From positions 22,072,001 through 22,136,000 of the forward strand of contig OX597827.1 in the NCBI GenBank assembly GCA_951406725.2: 64,000 nt of DNA, written 5' to 3'. Every line of letters starts with the position of its first letter. Position 1 is the stretch's first letter. The notes beneath the pieces were generated by a model. The model saw only the letters and a program-made list of their open reading frames with translations, was not told the DNA's origin and did not search any database. Both the position numbers and the translations under genes were made by a program. The stretch comes from Octopus vulgaris. Lineage: Eukaryota. Below are positions 25,431-37,510 of this stretch, one piece after another.

Positions 25431-25944
25431 GTTTGAGAGGTTTTCTAAAGAGAAGATTATCCCAACTCCATCCTGGTGGTTGAAATTTGAATTCTGCATT
25501 TATTATTGTTTATGAAAAAAAAAAAAAATGTTTAACTTTCGAAGCTGAGTTAGAAATATTCTGGCCCATGAGCTGAAAATATTGGAAGAGCTCTAAGTCT
25601 GTTACCAAATGCTGAGAAATGCGGAAAAAAAGACTCAACCCCTTCAATACCAGCTTACTTGAGATTGCACTTGTTCTCTGATACAAACTTCCTTTTGTTT
25701 ATAAAGTCATCCAAACAAAAGGGCTTCCATCAAAATTTCATGTTCCAAACACCAGCTTCATAAAAATGATGATTATTTTCACTAAAATCATTGTTTCCAA
25801 AATTATTTGAAATAAAGTCTGCGTATTTCAACAGAAACATGGAAACAAGCTGATTTAGTTTTGCGATTGTTTTGTCTGATCAAAAGGTGGAAGATGCACC
25901 TATGATTTGTTACATTGTTGAACTACATTATACAATAATAATAA

Positions 25945-26260
25945 TTAATTCTTTTATTGGCCACAAGGGCTGACAAAAACTAATTATAACATAAAGGGAC
26001 AAAACACAGGACGAAAGTTACAAAGGGTTTTGTCCATTTGAAAAATCCACATAAAAATCAGTGTAACAACGAAAATATTTAACAATGAAAAACTCCCAAT
26101 AGGGGGAGGCGCTTCGAAAGGTTCCTGGTGGAAAAACCCATAAAAGCCACGGGAGCCTGGTCAAAAGTGGGGGTAAAGAGCCCCTTTCTCCTTTTATATT
26201 ACCTTTTTAAATTACAGGTAAATCCTCAGAATAGGTCCGTTCACACTGGCCATTCTTGCA
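25945..26260 (-). mobile_element. 3' end of an L1/Tx1-like LINE inside (AAT)n
   Basis: minus strand ...ARMASVNGPILRIYL*, 3' UTR, AATAAA, (TTA)n; clade assignment is tentative. Confidence 0.6.
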
Positions 26261-26981
26261 ATAATAATAATAATAATAAGTCTTTCCCAACATTCAACAC
26301 AAATTCTACAATCACAAATGTGCATGAACACATTACACACACACACACACAAACATACGCTGCTATAGAGATGGTCACTGAGAGCGAACCACTTGAACGA
26401 GAGCTCTGCAAATAAACGGCTATTGAATTGTACTCCACTTGTGAACCTCTTTGTGTTCAGATTCTTGAAACTATAAAAATAATTACAATGGGAGAAGCAG
26501 ATACTCCATAGGTATCACAAACCTTCCATTCCATTATAATGTTATAGAATAAATACTAAGAGAGGAACCTATTCGGACATTTAGGAAGTAAGGCAGCTGG
26601 GGTTGAAAATGGTCCAAAATTTTTTTAATAGCAATGTGAAATTAGTAAAAACTATGAAACGAATTTATTCCAGAGGAAAATTAGGGAAATATTTATGGTT
26701 AAGCGGAGGTAATAACTAGAGTAAGTGGCAAATTTGGGGCTGCTGGTCTGCCATCCAGTTCTCAGTGATAGTGAGCTGACTAACCCAACAAACATCTAAC
26801 TTTCCAGCTAATTGGTTAAACAATCTATACATCAGTCAAAAGAAGTAAAAGCAGATATCACTAATTAAATTAATGAATACAATTTATAGTTAAAATTTAA
26901 AATACTTGCAAATTGTTTTTAAAGATGTAAGCTCTTACCACAAATTGTTAATGCATTCATATACAAGAAAGAAACCCATTG

Positions 26982-27034
<53 letters not shown>

Positions 27035-27036
<2 letters not shown>

Positions 27037-27288
27037 TGGCACGTAAAAAGCACCATCCGATCGTGACCGTTGTCAGCCTCGTCTGGTACCTGTGCCGGTG
27101 GCACGTAAAAAGCACCCACTACACTCATGGTGTAGTGGTTGGCGTTAGGAACGGCATCCAGCTGTAGAAACACTGCCAGATCAGACTGGGCCTGGTGCAG
27201 CCTTCTGGCTTCCCAGACCCCAGTTGAACCGTCCAACCCATGCCAGCATGGAAAGCGGACGTTAAACGATGATGATGATGATGATGAT
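27035..27288 (+). mobile_element. RTE LINE 3' UTR fragment, sense orientation, after (TA)n
   Basis: ggtggcacgtaaaaagcacc x2 ... ggttggcgttaggaa.ggcatccagctgtagaaac ... (GAT)n. Confidence 0.85.
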
Positions 27289-27671
27289 ATATATATATAA
27301 AAGCAATGTGTGTTTGTGGCTGGTTAACAAGTTGGATGTGGTGCCAAAGAAGGAGCTAGAACTCTTGAAATATACCTATACACCAATTGCCTGTTTTTTT
27401 CTTTCTTCAATCACATTGTTTACATTGGTTTATTCATATACGAAGTGCCTTAACTTGCAGTGCTGGCTCTAAATTCTATAGAATATCTGTAGAGCTAATG
27501 TTAAAAATAAACCAATGGTTACCATAACCTCCCCCTACACACACTCACACACACACACACACACAATCACAAACATATAAATGATGATGATGATGCTGGT
27601 GTGGGTCGTTGAGTCTGTGTTGGCTGCTGCGTGTGAATATATCTTCGTCTCTTTCTAATTCTCTTCTACAG

Positions 27672-27855
27672 GCAACTGATTGGTTTAATCAAGGAGAAAG
27701 CTGACCATTTTAGTGGTGTTGGTGCAACGAACGATGGTAAAGCACCTGGTGGTGGATCTGGAGCTAACATGCAGTTGCAGATGGCGCTACATGAAGTGAA
27801 AGACACCATCAAACAAGTGCGCACTGACACAGCAAACATCTTAAACACATCTCAG
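27672..27855 (+). CDS. LMAN1: LMAN1 exon: QLIGLIKEKADHFSGVGATNDGKAPGGGSGANMQLQMALHEVKDTIKQVRTDTANILNTSQ
   Basis: ctacag|G...CAG|gtaggg; 184 nt; open frame, phase 2 in and phase 0 out. Confidence 0.9.
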
Positions 27856-29875
27856 GTAGGGAATCCATTTGACTGACCCTTACAGGAGTTGCTCTTTGTG
27901 GGTTGAGAATGTTTAAGGGTTGGGCCTGTTATGTGATTTGTCAATTTAGGGTTTTACCAGAGGGTACATAAATAACTGTCTAAAATATCAGTCAATAAAC
28001 CACACCTTTATGTATAGGTTGTTGTTGTTGTTGCTTAACTTCAATCAAGCAAACCTATGACCAGGTTATTCCAATTCTGGCCACCCTGTCTTTGCCAGAG
28101 ATTACATTGTCCAATATGTTGTTTGTTATGAAGAAATTAGGATAATTGACAAATATACTCAAAATAACAACCAAGTCTCCCTCCTTGGTTTCTCCTGCCA
28201 TCTTAAAAAAGGGAACACATTGGATTGTATAGTTGTTAATAAATTGCATCCTAAAACAAAAAAATACATGATGCTCATGGCTTATTTAAGGATAAGGAAT
28301 ATGTTTGAAGTAAAAAAAAGAAAAAGAATTAAATTTTTATCACCTGCAGCATTTCTTCTTGATGTCCATCATCACTCACCATCCATATTTACTTATTCAT
28401 ACCTACTTCTGATTTATCCATCTCTTACTTCACCCCTCACTCTTGCAACCGTTAATCTCATCCCTCTTCTTGTTACTCCTCCCTCCATTGCTCTCCTGTC
28501 TATTGTACTCTTCTGCTGCTGATGTCAGTAATGAACTGGGAATCTGCTACTACAAACCATTGCTGTACTATTCGTTATCATTTCCTCTCCTCTGAGCTTC
28601 TTCTAATTGACACCCATCCATCATTCTTTACATTTCCCCACTAAACTCTATCGTTGATCACCCCCACTCCTGTTCGCCATTCCCTACATTCACCTCCTAT
28701 ACGCATATGATCATCTCCATCTCTCACTCGTATCACGTTTGCCAAGCTTGCTGATTCTCCTGTCTCTTTGCTGTCTTCATTGTCTGGAACGTGTTACTTT
28801 GAGGGTACATTCTGGAACCTCATCACCACTACAGTTACCTGTCTTTGTGGTGTCTCTCTACTCATCCCCACCATCCACCCGTGTAAAATTCAAAGTAGCC
28901 ATGAATCCCCACCCCCAACAAATCTGTCCTTTCTCATATGATACATTAACCTCTCAACACCTCACATACCAACAACCACTCTATTTCCCAGTCTCCCTCT
29001 TAGACAGGTTTCATTGCAACTGCAATTGCACAGGTGCCTCAGAAAGAAAAGCACCCAGTACACTGTAAAATGGCTGGCACTAGGAAGGGCATTTGGCCAA
29101 AGAAACCATGCTAAAACAGAGACACTCGAGCAAGTTGTACTCCTCTATCCAACTGGTTCCTATCAAAGACCATGCCAACATGGAAAGTGGATGTGAAAAC
29201 GACAAGGATGACATTTATGTATGAATGATTTCAATATCAATTTTGTAACATCTTTATTTTACATTTGTTTTCCACACTGACCTGGGTTGAATGGGTTGTT
29301 GGCACAGTGCAAGCATTTCTTCTTCGGAGTTCTTATCCTCTGAGACAGCTTCAGTAATATCTCCCATCTCATTCACATATTCTACCTTTCATATAGTTTC
29401 TATGGTTTGATGCCCTCCTTAACATCAAGTCCTTAACAGTCTGAACTAAATGCATTTTATCATTGAACCAGTGTTAGTGAGGTTGACATGCCCTTGGCAA
29501 GAATAAAAGCCATCCTTTACTCTGCATTGACTCTGCTTGTTTGCCAACCATTTTACAGTGTGTTCTGTGGGAATATTATCATATTGACACCAAAAGTGTC
29601 TCCCTGCTCGGTTGTTTCATTAACTCCCAAAACCTTATAATTACTTTGATACAATGATATTGTTCCCTAAATATAAAGAATCCTTAAAGCTCATCCAATG
29701 AATGGTCTGGGCATATAACAGGTGTCACTCTACTATGGTCTATTCACCTGTCTAACAGATGTCTCTATACTGTGTAGTCTATACACATGCCTAGTAGATT
29801 CTCCTAATATTACTTTAAATATTCCATCTGTCTCATTGGCCCCATTTTTCTCTATTTGTGAATTTATTTTTGCAG

Positions 29876-29979
29876 GGATCAAACACATCATGCCCTAACA
29901 TCAACTGCATATCTCCGAAAGTGTTTTTCATTGGTTTATCTGTACAGATTGCTGCTCTTTTCATCTATGCCATGTACAA
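29876..29979 (+). CDS. LMAN1: LMAN1 exon: GSNTSCPNINCISPKVFFIGLSVQIAALFIYAMY(K) (juxtamembrane Cys pair + TM)
   Basis: tttgcag|GGA...AA|gtgagt; 104 nt; TM helix with internal Gln as in ERGIC-53. Confidence 0.95.
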
Positions 29980-30232
29980 GTGAGTATTTCACTATTTATC
30001 AATCTCATTTAAAACTTCAGGTAACTTTCTGAGCTTTAAGTTATTGTTTGTTCGTACTCGTGTTGGCCTTTTGAAGAACCAATTCATTGAGTCGCTGAGT
30101 AGTGAGGAAACGATGACAACGGTTCAATCCTGACAGCATTTTACTTTAGTCCTTGTCTTCTCTTGACGGTGCACATGTCCCTCGTTCTTCTAACATATGG
30201 CTGTCTTCTTCACTGCAGTGAATAGTTTAGTG

Positions 30233-30411
30233 CAGTTCTTTTCAAACTTTTTGCTGGAGCGGAACCCCAAGGAAACATTCCACTGGCTCGAGGAACCCCT
30301 GTGCAATAATTTAATAGTTTTATGCACACATATCTGCACAGGAGAATTAAAAATTACTGCCGATTTTAGCAGTCTTGTAACTTCTTGTGGAACCCTGGTT
30401 GAAAACCACTG
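30233..30411. mobile_element. hAT MITE with perfect 8-bp TSD in the last LMAN1 intron
   Basis: gtttagtg at 30225-30232 and 30412-30419; CAGT...ACTG termini. Confidence 0.88.
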
Positions 30412-31031
30412 GTTTAGTGTCTCACCTCGTCCACTGTGTCTCTCTAGATTTATGTTGTCAAGGAACATAACTCTGCTTTCTCCAACTACAGTTTCTAAAA
30501 ACATTGTGTTATTATTCCAGCCGTCTTCTCTCTGTCGGCAGGACACTTAATTCTCTTTGCCTTGAGTCTGCCTTAATAAGACAGGTGCACGAGTTAGTAC
30601 ATGTCCAGTGTCCATAGCCATCAAGTACAAAAACCTACCAGTAAGACAGATTGGAAATTAAATTCCATGAAGGTGGTGTGAATATGTGTCCATATGTGTT
30701 TGCTTTGTGATCATAATGGCCTCCAGTTCAATCCCACTGACTGGAATCATGGACAAGTATCTTCTACCTTGGCCTCAAGTTGATCCAAATTTTTGTGTGT
30801 GAAATTGGGTCGATCGAAACTACATGGAAGCCTATGAGTTAGATTGTCACTGTAATTCAACCTCATCGCTGGGCCTTGCTGGGAGAGTTCAGCACAAAAT
30901 AAACGACTGAACAAGCTCCATTGTCTGTGTGTATGCATGCATGATGATGAATGTGGTGGTGGTGGTGGAGGAGGTGGTGATATTTGCATGTTCTTATCTA
31001 TATATCATCTACTGTTTTTTTCTAATTCCAG

Positions 31032-31068
31032 GCAAAGCAAGGAAGCACAAGCCAAGAAATTCTATTGA
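31032..31068 (+). CDS. LMAN1: LMAN1 terminal exon: QSKEAQAKKFY*
   Basis: ttccag|G...TGA; dilysine + diaromatic C-terminus (human RSQQEAAAKKFF). Confidence 0.96.
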
Positions 31069-31168
31069 AAACATTGTTTTTTGTTGGTTATTGTTTTTTT
31101 TTTTAACTCTCTCTCTTCTTCCATCTCAGTTGAATACTGTGTCTCTGGATGTTTGTGACTGAGACTAT

Positions 31169-31172
31169 TTGT

Positions 31173-31224
<52 letters not shown>
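31169..31224. repeat. (GT)n(GA)n compound microsatellite in the LMAN1 3' UTR
   Basis: directly visible. Confidence 0.9.
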
Positions 31225-31227
<3 letters not shown>

Positions 31228-31382
31228 TGCAGAAGCATTTCATTTGGAAGTTGAAAGAGATATATGAGACAAAGCTGTAGGTTTTCATGTCTCACAGCAT
31301 GTGTGTGTGTTGTGTGCCTGGCTATAAGTCTATGTGTGTGTGTGTGTTATTTTGTTTTTTTTATGGCAAATTGTATAAAAGA

Positions 31383-31392
31383 AATAAATAAA
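31383..31392 (+). terminator. Candidate LMAN1 polyadenylation signals (two overlapping AATAAA)
   Basis: aataaataaa about 315 nt after the stop codon, with GT-rich sequence at ~31444-31482. Confidence 0.5.
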
Positions 31393-33746
31393 ATTATGAT
31401 AAAAGTATAAAATGTATTTTTAAAAACTAAATGACGATGTAAGGTTTGGGGTTGTGTTGATGAGAGGATGGTTGTATTGTGTGCATCTCTGTAATGGTGA
31501 TGGATATCATTTCATAATTGGGTCTAACCACTGAGGAATAAATCTGTTTATACTAGACTAGATTTAAACACCAACCCATTCAAATGTCACTTTCCTAAGA
31601 TTTCCTTAACCATCACTTCTCATTTATGTGGGTGGTCAGTCCCTGGCAATTGAGAAAGAGAATCCCAGTCTGTGATCTTGCTATACACCCCCCACCCCAA
31701 TCTGTTGTGTCTCCCCTTCTATACACACTAACCTCTGCTCTCTCTATACACCCCTTGCTCTTTGCTGAATCTCTAAACAAACAATTTAAGTTCATTTTCA
31801 TACAGTAAAAGACAGCAAAGCAACTTCCATGGTCAAGCGGTCACTCGTTCTTTGTGCAGTGTTCAGAGTGGATGGACGTGAAACAGGATTCATTACACTG
31901 GACTTGGTCAGTGACAAGAAGAGGAAATTGCTCCAGTCTATGGCAGAATGGTAAAATGCATGAGAAAATAGTAAAAATGAAATTTCATCATTGTTTATCA
32001 TTTACCATTTCACTTGACACACGTCAGCCAACAAGAGTGCCTCAACATGGTTGCTTAGCCTGCTAGAAATAGCAGAAATCCCACAAGTCACACTCAAGAA
32101 AATTTGGTCTTCAATATATATATATATAAACTAGATGGTCACAGTTGGAATGTCTTTAAATTGGTTTGCTGAACGAGGAAGGACTTGTTGCTAAACAATA
32201 ACGAACACTGTTCAGCAGGTGAGGCATAGATGTTCTGCAATACCTGTCCTGTCACGCTGCAGCTGAGCAGCCACTTTGCCAAAACCACAAACTATGCAAT
32301 GTTGAAGCAGCCACCACCACCATTGTATCTAGACATACTACAGTACAACGTTGCCGTAACAATAACAGCAACCCATGTTCTGACACTCCATTGACCAGCA
32401 TCTAGAAGCTGGGGCTGAACAATAATCGCTGCAGGCACAAAAGCACATTGTCACTGCTGCTGATACACCACACTCCAATACCACTCCTGATACTATATAC
32501 TGCTGTCACTGCACTCCAATACCACTGCTGATAGCATAGGGCCTTCGGTATTGCTGCTGATACACGACCGAACCCTACTGCTGACATCACACTGCAGAAC
32601 CACTTCAATACTGTTACAGGCATCAAACTTCAATAGCACTAATGACACAACTTTTGAGAGAGGAGCAGGAGGGGGACCGTGAAATAATGGAATCGAGCAA
32701 GTCTAATATGGCTGAAAGAGAAGGGTCTGGATGTAGGTATGTACACACACATGTACTGTACATTATTTACACCTGTTTGCAGAACCATCAAGTACCTGGT
32801 TAATTACTGCGTAAACACACTGTTTATGAGGGTGTATAGACTCACTCACATGGACATACACATACCTAGTACATGGAAGTAAATATACACACACAAATGC
32901 ACATTTGTATGTGTGTATGTGTATAGATATTATTTGTTTTCTCTGCATTGCTAAGCACAGGTATAGGTGAAGGAATGTTAAGAACATGAAATTACATTCA
33001 CCTGAAAAACATCTCTCTCACTAAAATATATTCTCTTTTCTTTTCACATTTATACCTTTCAAATATGTTTTAGAAAGGGTTTTTCTGAAATTTGAATTGC
33101 CTAAATTTTAAGCCTGTTTTATTTATTATTGTTTTGAATATGATGGAGAATTGGTAAAAGAGTTCTTGAGAAACTGCCATGCACAATTGTATTTAGTTGC
33201 ACAGCTTCACCTCCAGTGTTTAACTCCTACATTGGTTGGAATTGAACTCCAATGTTTTCTCACTCACGAAAAATGTGGCCTTGCATCTAGGTTAGTAACG
33301 AATTTTATTAGTCTTGAAAGCCAGGGATTTCAGAATTGGGAGAATGGCAGAAGGGAATGATTTATGTTATTTAGGTTTTAACCTTTACATTGTGAGTTCA
33401 GATCCTACCAGCATCAAGATTTGCCTTTCACACTTTTCGCGTCAACAGAATAAAATAATAATGAAGTGATAGGTATACATAATACATGAAATGTTCTCCT
33501 TCGTGCCTACCATGTTAGAAAAATAATCGTTGCTAGGTTTGTCACCTTTTATTATTTGTTTTCTCTGCATTGCTAAGCACAGATTTGTGGTTTGGTTTTA
33601 CAGTTTCCGATACATGTGCTTTAGGCATACACTAGTCCTGGGATTGGGGTTTATGTATTTGTCTGCTTGTTTTTTAATCATTCCTAAAACACCTGTCATA
33701 GGATTGTTTGTTTCCACTCTCCACATTTCTCTGTTTTCAGGTCTTT

Positions 33747-33937
33747 ATCATCATCATCATCATCATCGTTTAACGTCCGCTTTCCATGCTAGCATGGGTT
33801 GGACGATTTTGACTGAGGGCTGGCGAACCAGATGGCTGCACCGGGCTCCAATCTTGATCTGGCAGAGTTTCTATGGCTGGATGCTCTTCCTAATGCCAAC
33901 CACTCCGAGAGTGTAGTGGGTGCTTTTTACGTGCCAC
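33747..33937 (-). mobile_element. RTE LINE 3' UTR fragment
   Basis: catcatcgtttaacgtccgctttccatgctagcatgggttggacg. Confidence 0.82.
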
Positions 33938-35689
33938 AATAATAATAGTAATAATAATAATAATGATGATGATGATGATGGACTCTCTCATCGAAGACGA
34001 TGTATGAATGTTCAACTTTTAACTTTGGTTAATTTCTTTGAGAGATATTTTATCCTCTCTTGGAAATGATACTTCAGTTACCTCGTTTCCTAGTTGTCCT
34101 TGACAACAATATCTGGCTTATTATCATTGATCTCCCTTTGCTGTGTTACATGACATACCCCAGAGTATGATCCTCTTTATCATCCTCGCAGACCTTCCCT
34201 ATTGCATCCCTTTTCTGTTATTATTTCAAAATAACTTCTAATGTACATAAGCTTCAACTCTGCAATGCCTGCAGCTGTGTTCCTTCTTGACTGAGACTGA
34301 GCAGCAATCACTAAACATATCAAAGAAGCACGTTCTGGTCCTTAGTAACCCAACAAAAATCCTCAAATGATGAAGATTTTAATCCTTCAGAGAGGATCTG
34401 TCTTGGTTTCTCTCCATTTATATCATTTGTCAAAAACTGACACTTGGCAAAAATAAAAAGTTACCCATTCAAGGGTACTGCCCACATATCGAGGGTGGTT
34501 CTGTGACCACACTTCAAAAATGGACATTTACCCAGGCTTACAACTATTTTCCTCTTTCTGTCCATGTTCTTCTCAACTAGCATTTCTTCATATATCCTCT
34601 TATTTGATGCACTTTTCTCTCTTTACCCTTACCGTTTCTCATGCCAAACTTCTTTGCTAAATAATTCTTATATAGTCATTTCCTGCAGCCCTTCAAATCT
34701 GTTCTGGCCTTTCTTCTTTCCTAAAAGCATCAACATATTGAAAGATTTGAATGTAAAAATTCACCCATTCTAAGGACAGTTCTGAAAAGCAATCGTATTA
34801 CTAACATTTTACAATCTACTTACAATTATTAACTGTACTTTGATAGTTTTTATTAAAGTTTTTCAAAAGTCATATGTGGCCTGCTAGATCGATCTGCTAA
34901 TAAGTGTGTCGGATGTGTGCAAGAAATATGACATACCATGAAGCACATAGCAGAGTAGTTAGAGTTGTCTTAGATTAGTAAATACACAAACTGTTCATCT
35001 GGTGGTGTAGGCTTGCAAAACGCATTTGTTATTAGCTCTACATACGAGGATCAGTTCCAAATAAATAATTTAGCCAAGAGAGGTGTGTGGTCTGTCTTCA
35101 CTGAAACTGATGACGACCAACTAAATTGAAATCACATAGATTCAGCTATGAAACCCATATGTTCTGCTTGGGGATTATAAACCTAAGATTGTTCGGGATT
35201 AAATTTAAATATTTGTGAAACAAAAAAATAGGGAATAGCAAACTGGTTATGCGTGATGGACAATGGTGTGAAGAAGGGTCAGAAATTGCTAGCATATAAA
35301 GCAGTGATATACATTTAAAAATAAATGAGAAAAGGAGTGAATGTTTTTGAATGAGAATGTAAAGAATATTATAACAACTCTGAAAAACCAAAAAGAATAA
35401 AAGAACCTTGTGATGTGATTTCTTTACTTACCAATTCTATTGCAAGAATTGATTGTTTCAGTGGAAAAAAGACAAAATCAGGGCTATGTAGAAAGTTTGG
35501 GGGAAGAAATAATCTGTTTGGGCCACCATAGTTTAATGATAATTCTGTGTGCATCTTGGTTCACCAAATTCGAAAGAGACACCATGCGAACACTAAGCAC
35601 TATAATTTAGGAAGCTTTAGTTACTGTTGTGGAGGAATTTATTATGAATTGACCACAAATATAATCCAGGTATGTTAGCAACTTCTCTT

Positions 35690-36048
35690 TTACCTTTCTA
35701 CTTGTTTCGGTCAACAGACTGTGGCCATGCTGGGGCACTGCCTTGAAGAATTTTTGTCAAATGAATCAACCCCAGTATTTTTTTTTTCCTTTTTAAACCT
35801 GGTGCATATTCTATCAGTCCCTTTTACCAAACTGCTAAGTTACAAAGTGAAATCACACCAACACCAATTGTCAAACAAAGACATGCATATATATGATGGG
35901 CTTCTTTCAGTTTCCGTCTACCAAATCCACTCACAAGGCTTTGGTTGGCCTAGGGCTCTAGTAGAAGACACTTGCCCAAGTGCCATGCTATGGGACTGAA
36001 CCCAAGATCATGTGGTTGGGAAGCAAATTTCTTGCCACAGCCACCTGC
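35690..36048 (-). mobile_element. SINE family 2 (reverse orientation)
   Basis: reverse complement of the family 2 sequence. Confidence 0.78.
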
Positions 36049-37099
36049 GTCTAGGATTCTAAAACTCAGAATTTACTGGAACGACAAAGTTCTTGCCTTT
36101 TGCTTGAGACAGCCACCAACAACAACAACAACAACAAGCATTCTATGTAGAATCACCTTTCTGGGGTTTTTTTTTTTTGTAATTATACTTTCCATTTGAA
36201 GCATACATTTTGATAACAATGTCTTCATTCTGTCCCCCATCTGCTCTGATGGGCTCATATTTACCTTTAGTGGAGCCTCAACTCTCTGATACGTTACAGA
36301 CTTTATTCTCACCAAACACTGAAGATGAAAATGTAACTGAAGCAAGCTGAGAACAAATAGGCTTGCTTAGTTTGTTAGTAAAATGAAAAGATTAAAACAT
36401 TTCTGTATTTATTTGATTAAATTGCCTTTCCTTTCCTTTTTCTTTTAATCCTAAAGTTCTTAGCATTCATTTACAAATGCTGTTTCAATCTAGTTGGATG
36501 TCATCAGTACAATGCAGTGAGGAATCTTGGGTCTAATTTCAATGGATTAAATTATTAATTTTACAAGTGAAAGATGGATGGGGAAGGTACATAATGGAAG
36601 CATTTGGAGGAAATCCGTATCATCCATTGTTTATTAGTAGTGAGAGAGAGAAAGAGCGGTAGCAGTAAACTTAAAATTTGTGACTTACATATCAGTTGAA
36701 ATGTTATTCAGAACAATTTGTCCTTCCTGTCAATATAACTGTTGTAGTTTGTTGTTTTAATGCAATTACAAACGTATCATTGTTCAGCTGTCAGAAACAT
36801 TTGATTCCATTTCCTCTGATGTTTTCCTACACATTCTCCTCTGTAGAGGTTTGGCCAGTGATTTCCTCATCCATTCATGCATTCAAAACTTCTGTTGCAC
36901 ATTTTGGAGATTCACAGTTTTTTCAGTTTTTGACGAGGGAGAGGATCGTCTCACCAAGAATACAAGGTTTTTGTTTTTCATTAATGAAGTAAAAGGGAAT
37001 AAAATATTTCACCTTTGTGCATATTTTTTCTTTTTAATCTTCTTCTTAAAATGTTCAAATTTGCATATTTTTGTAAGCCAGATTATTATTATTATTATT

Positions 37100-37510
37100 T
37101 GAAAGGCTGTGGGCTGGCAGAATCATTAGCACCCTGGGCAAGATGCTTAGAGGCATTTCATCCGTCTTTACATTCTCTGAATTAAAATTCTGTCGAGGTT
37201 GACTTAGCCTTTCATCTTTTTGGGATTGATAAAATAAGAGCCAGCAAAGTACTGGGGTCAATGTAATCGACTCTTCCCCCCCCTCCCCACAAAATTTCAA
37301 GCCTTGTGCCAGAAAGAATTATTATTACAGCATGCTGGGCAAAATGCTTAGTGGTGTTTTGTCCATCTGCATGTTCAAATTCCAACGAGGTCGACTTTGC
37401 CTTTCATTCTTTTGGGGTCAATAAATTAAGTACCAGTGAACCACTGGGGTCGATGTAATCGACTCATCCCCTTTCCCAAAATTGCTGCCCTTGTGGCAAA
37501 ATCTGAAACC
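37100..37510 (+). mobile_element. Two tandem SINE family 1 variants (alternative 3' tail)
   Basis: two copies of gggcaa.atgcttag...gactt.gcctttcat...gatgtaatcgactc...ccttgtg, each followed by (att)n. Confidence 0.78.

Larger units (their letters stand above)
6908..31068 (+). other. LMAN1: LMAN1 / ERGIC-53 gene span (L-type lectin ER-Golgi cargo receptor), 5'-incomplete, 14 coding exons in window
   Basis: Spliced exons translate into one frame: lectin CRD (GRGRVGADGL, FFDSFDNDG, YDH, CLRDFRNKP, AATGGLADDHDV), coiled-coil stalk, two juxtamembrane Cys, TM helix and KKFY tail. All introns GT-AG with matching phases. Confidence 0.97.

Noticed and set aside
35105-35135. CTGATGA...GAAA hammerhead-like spacing
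   Set aside because: No convincing stem II or stem I pairing
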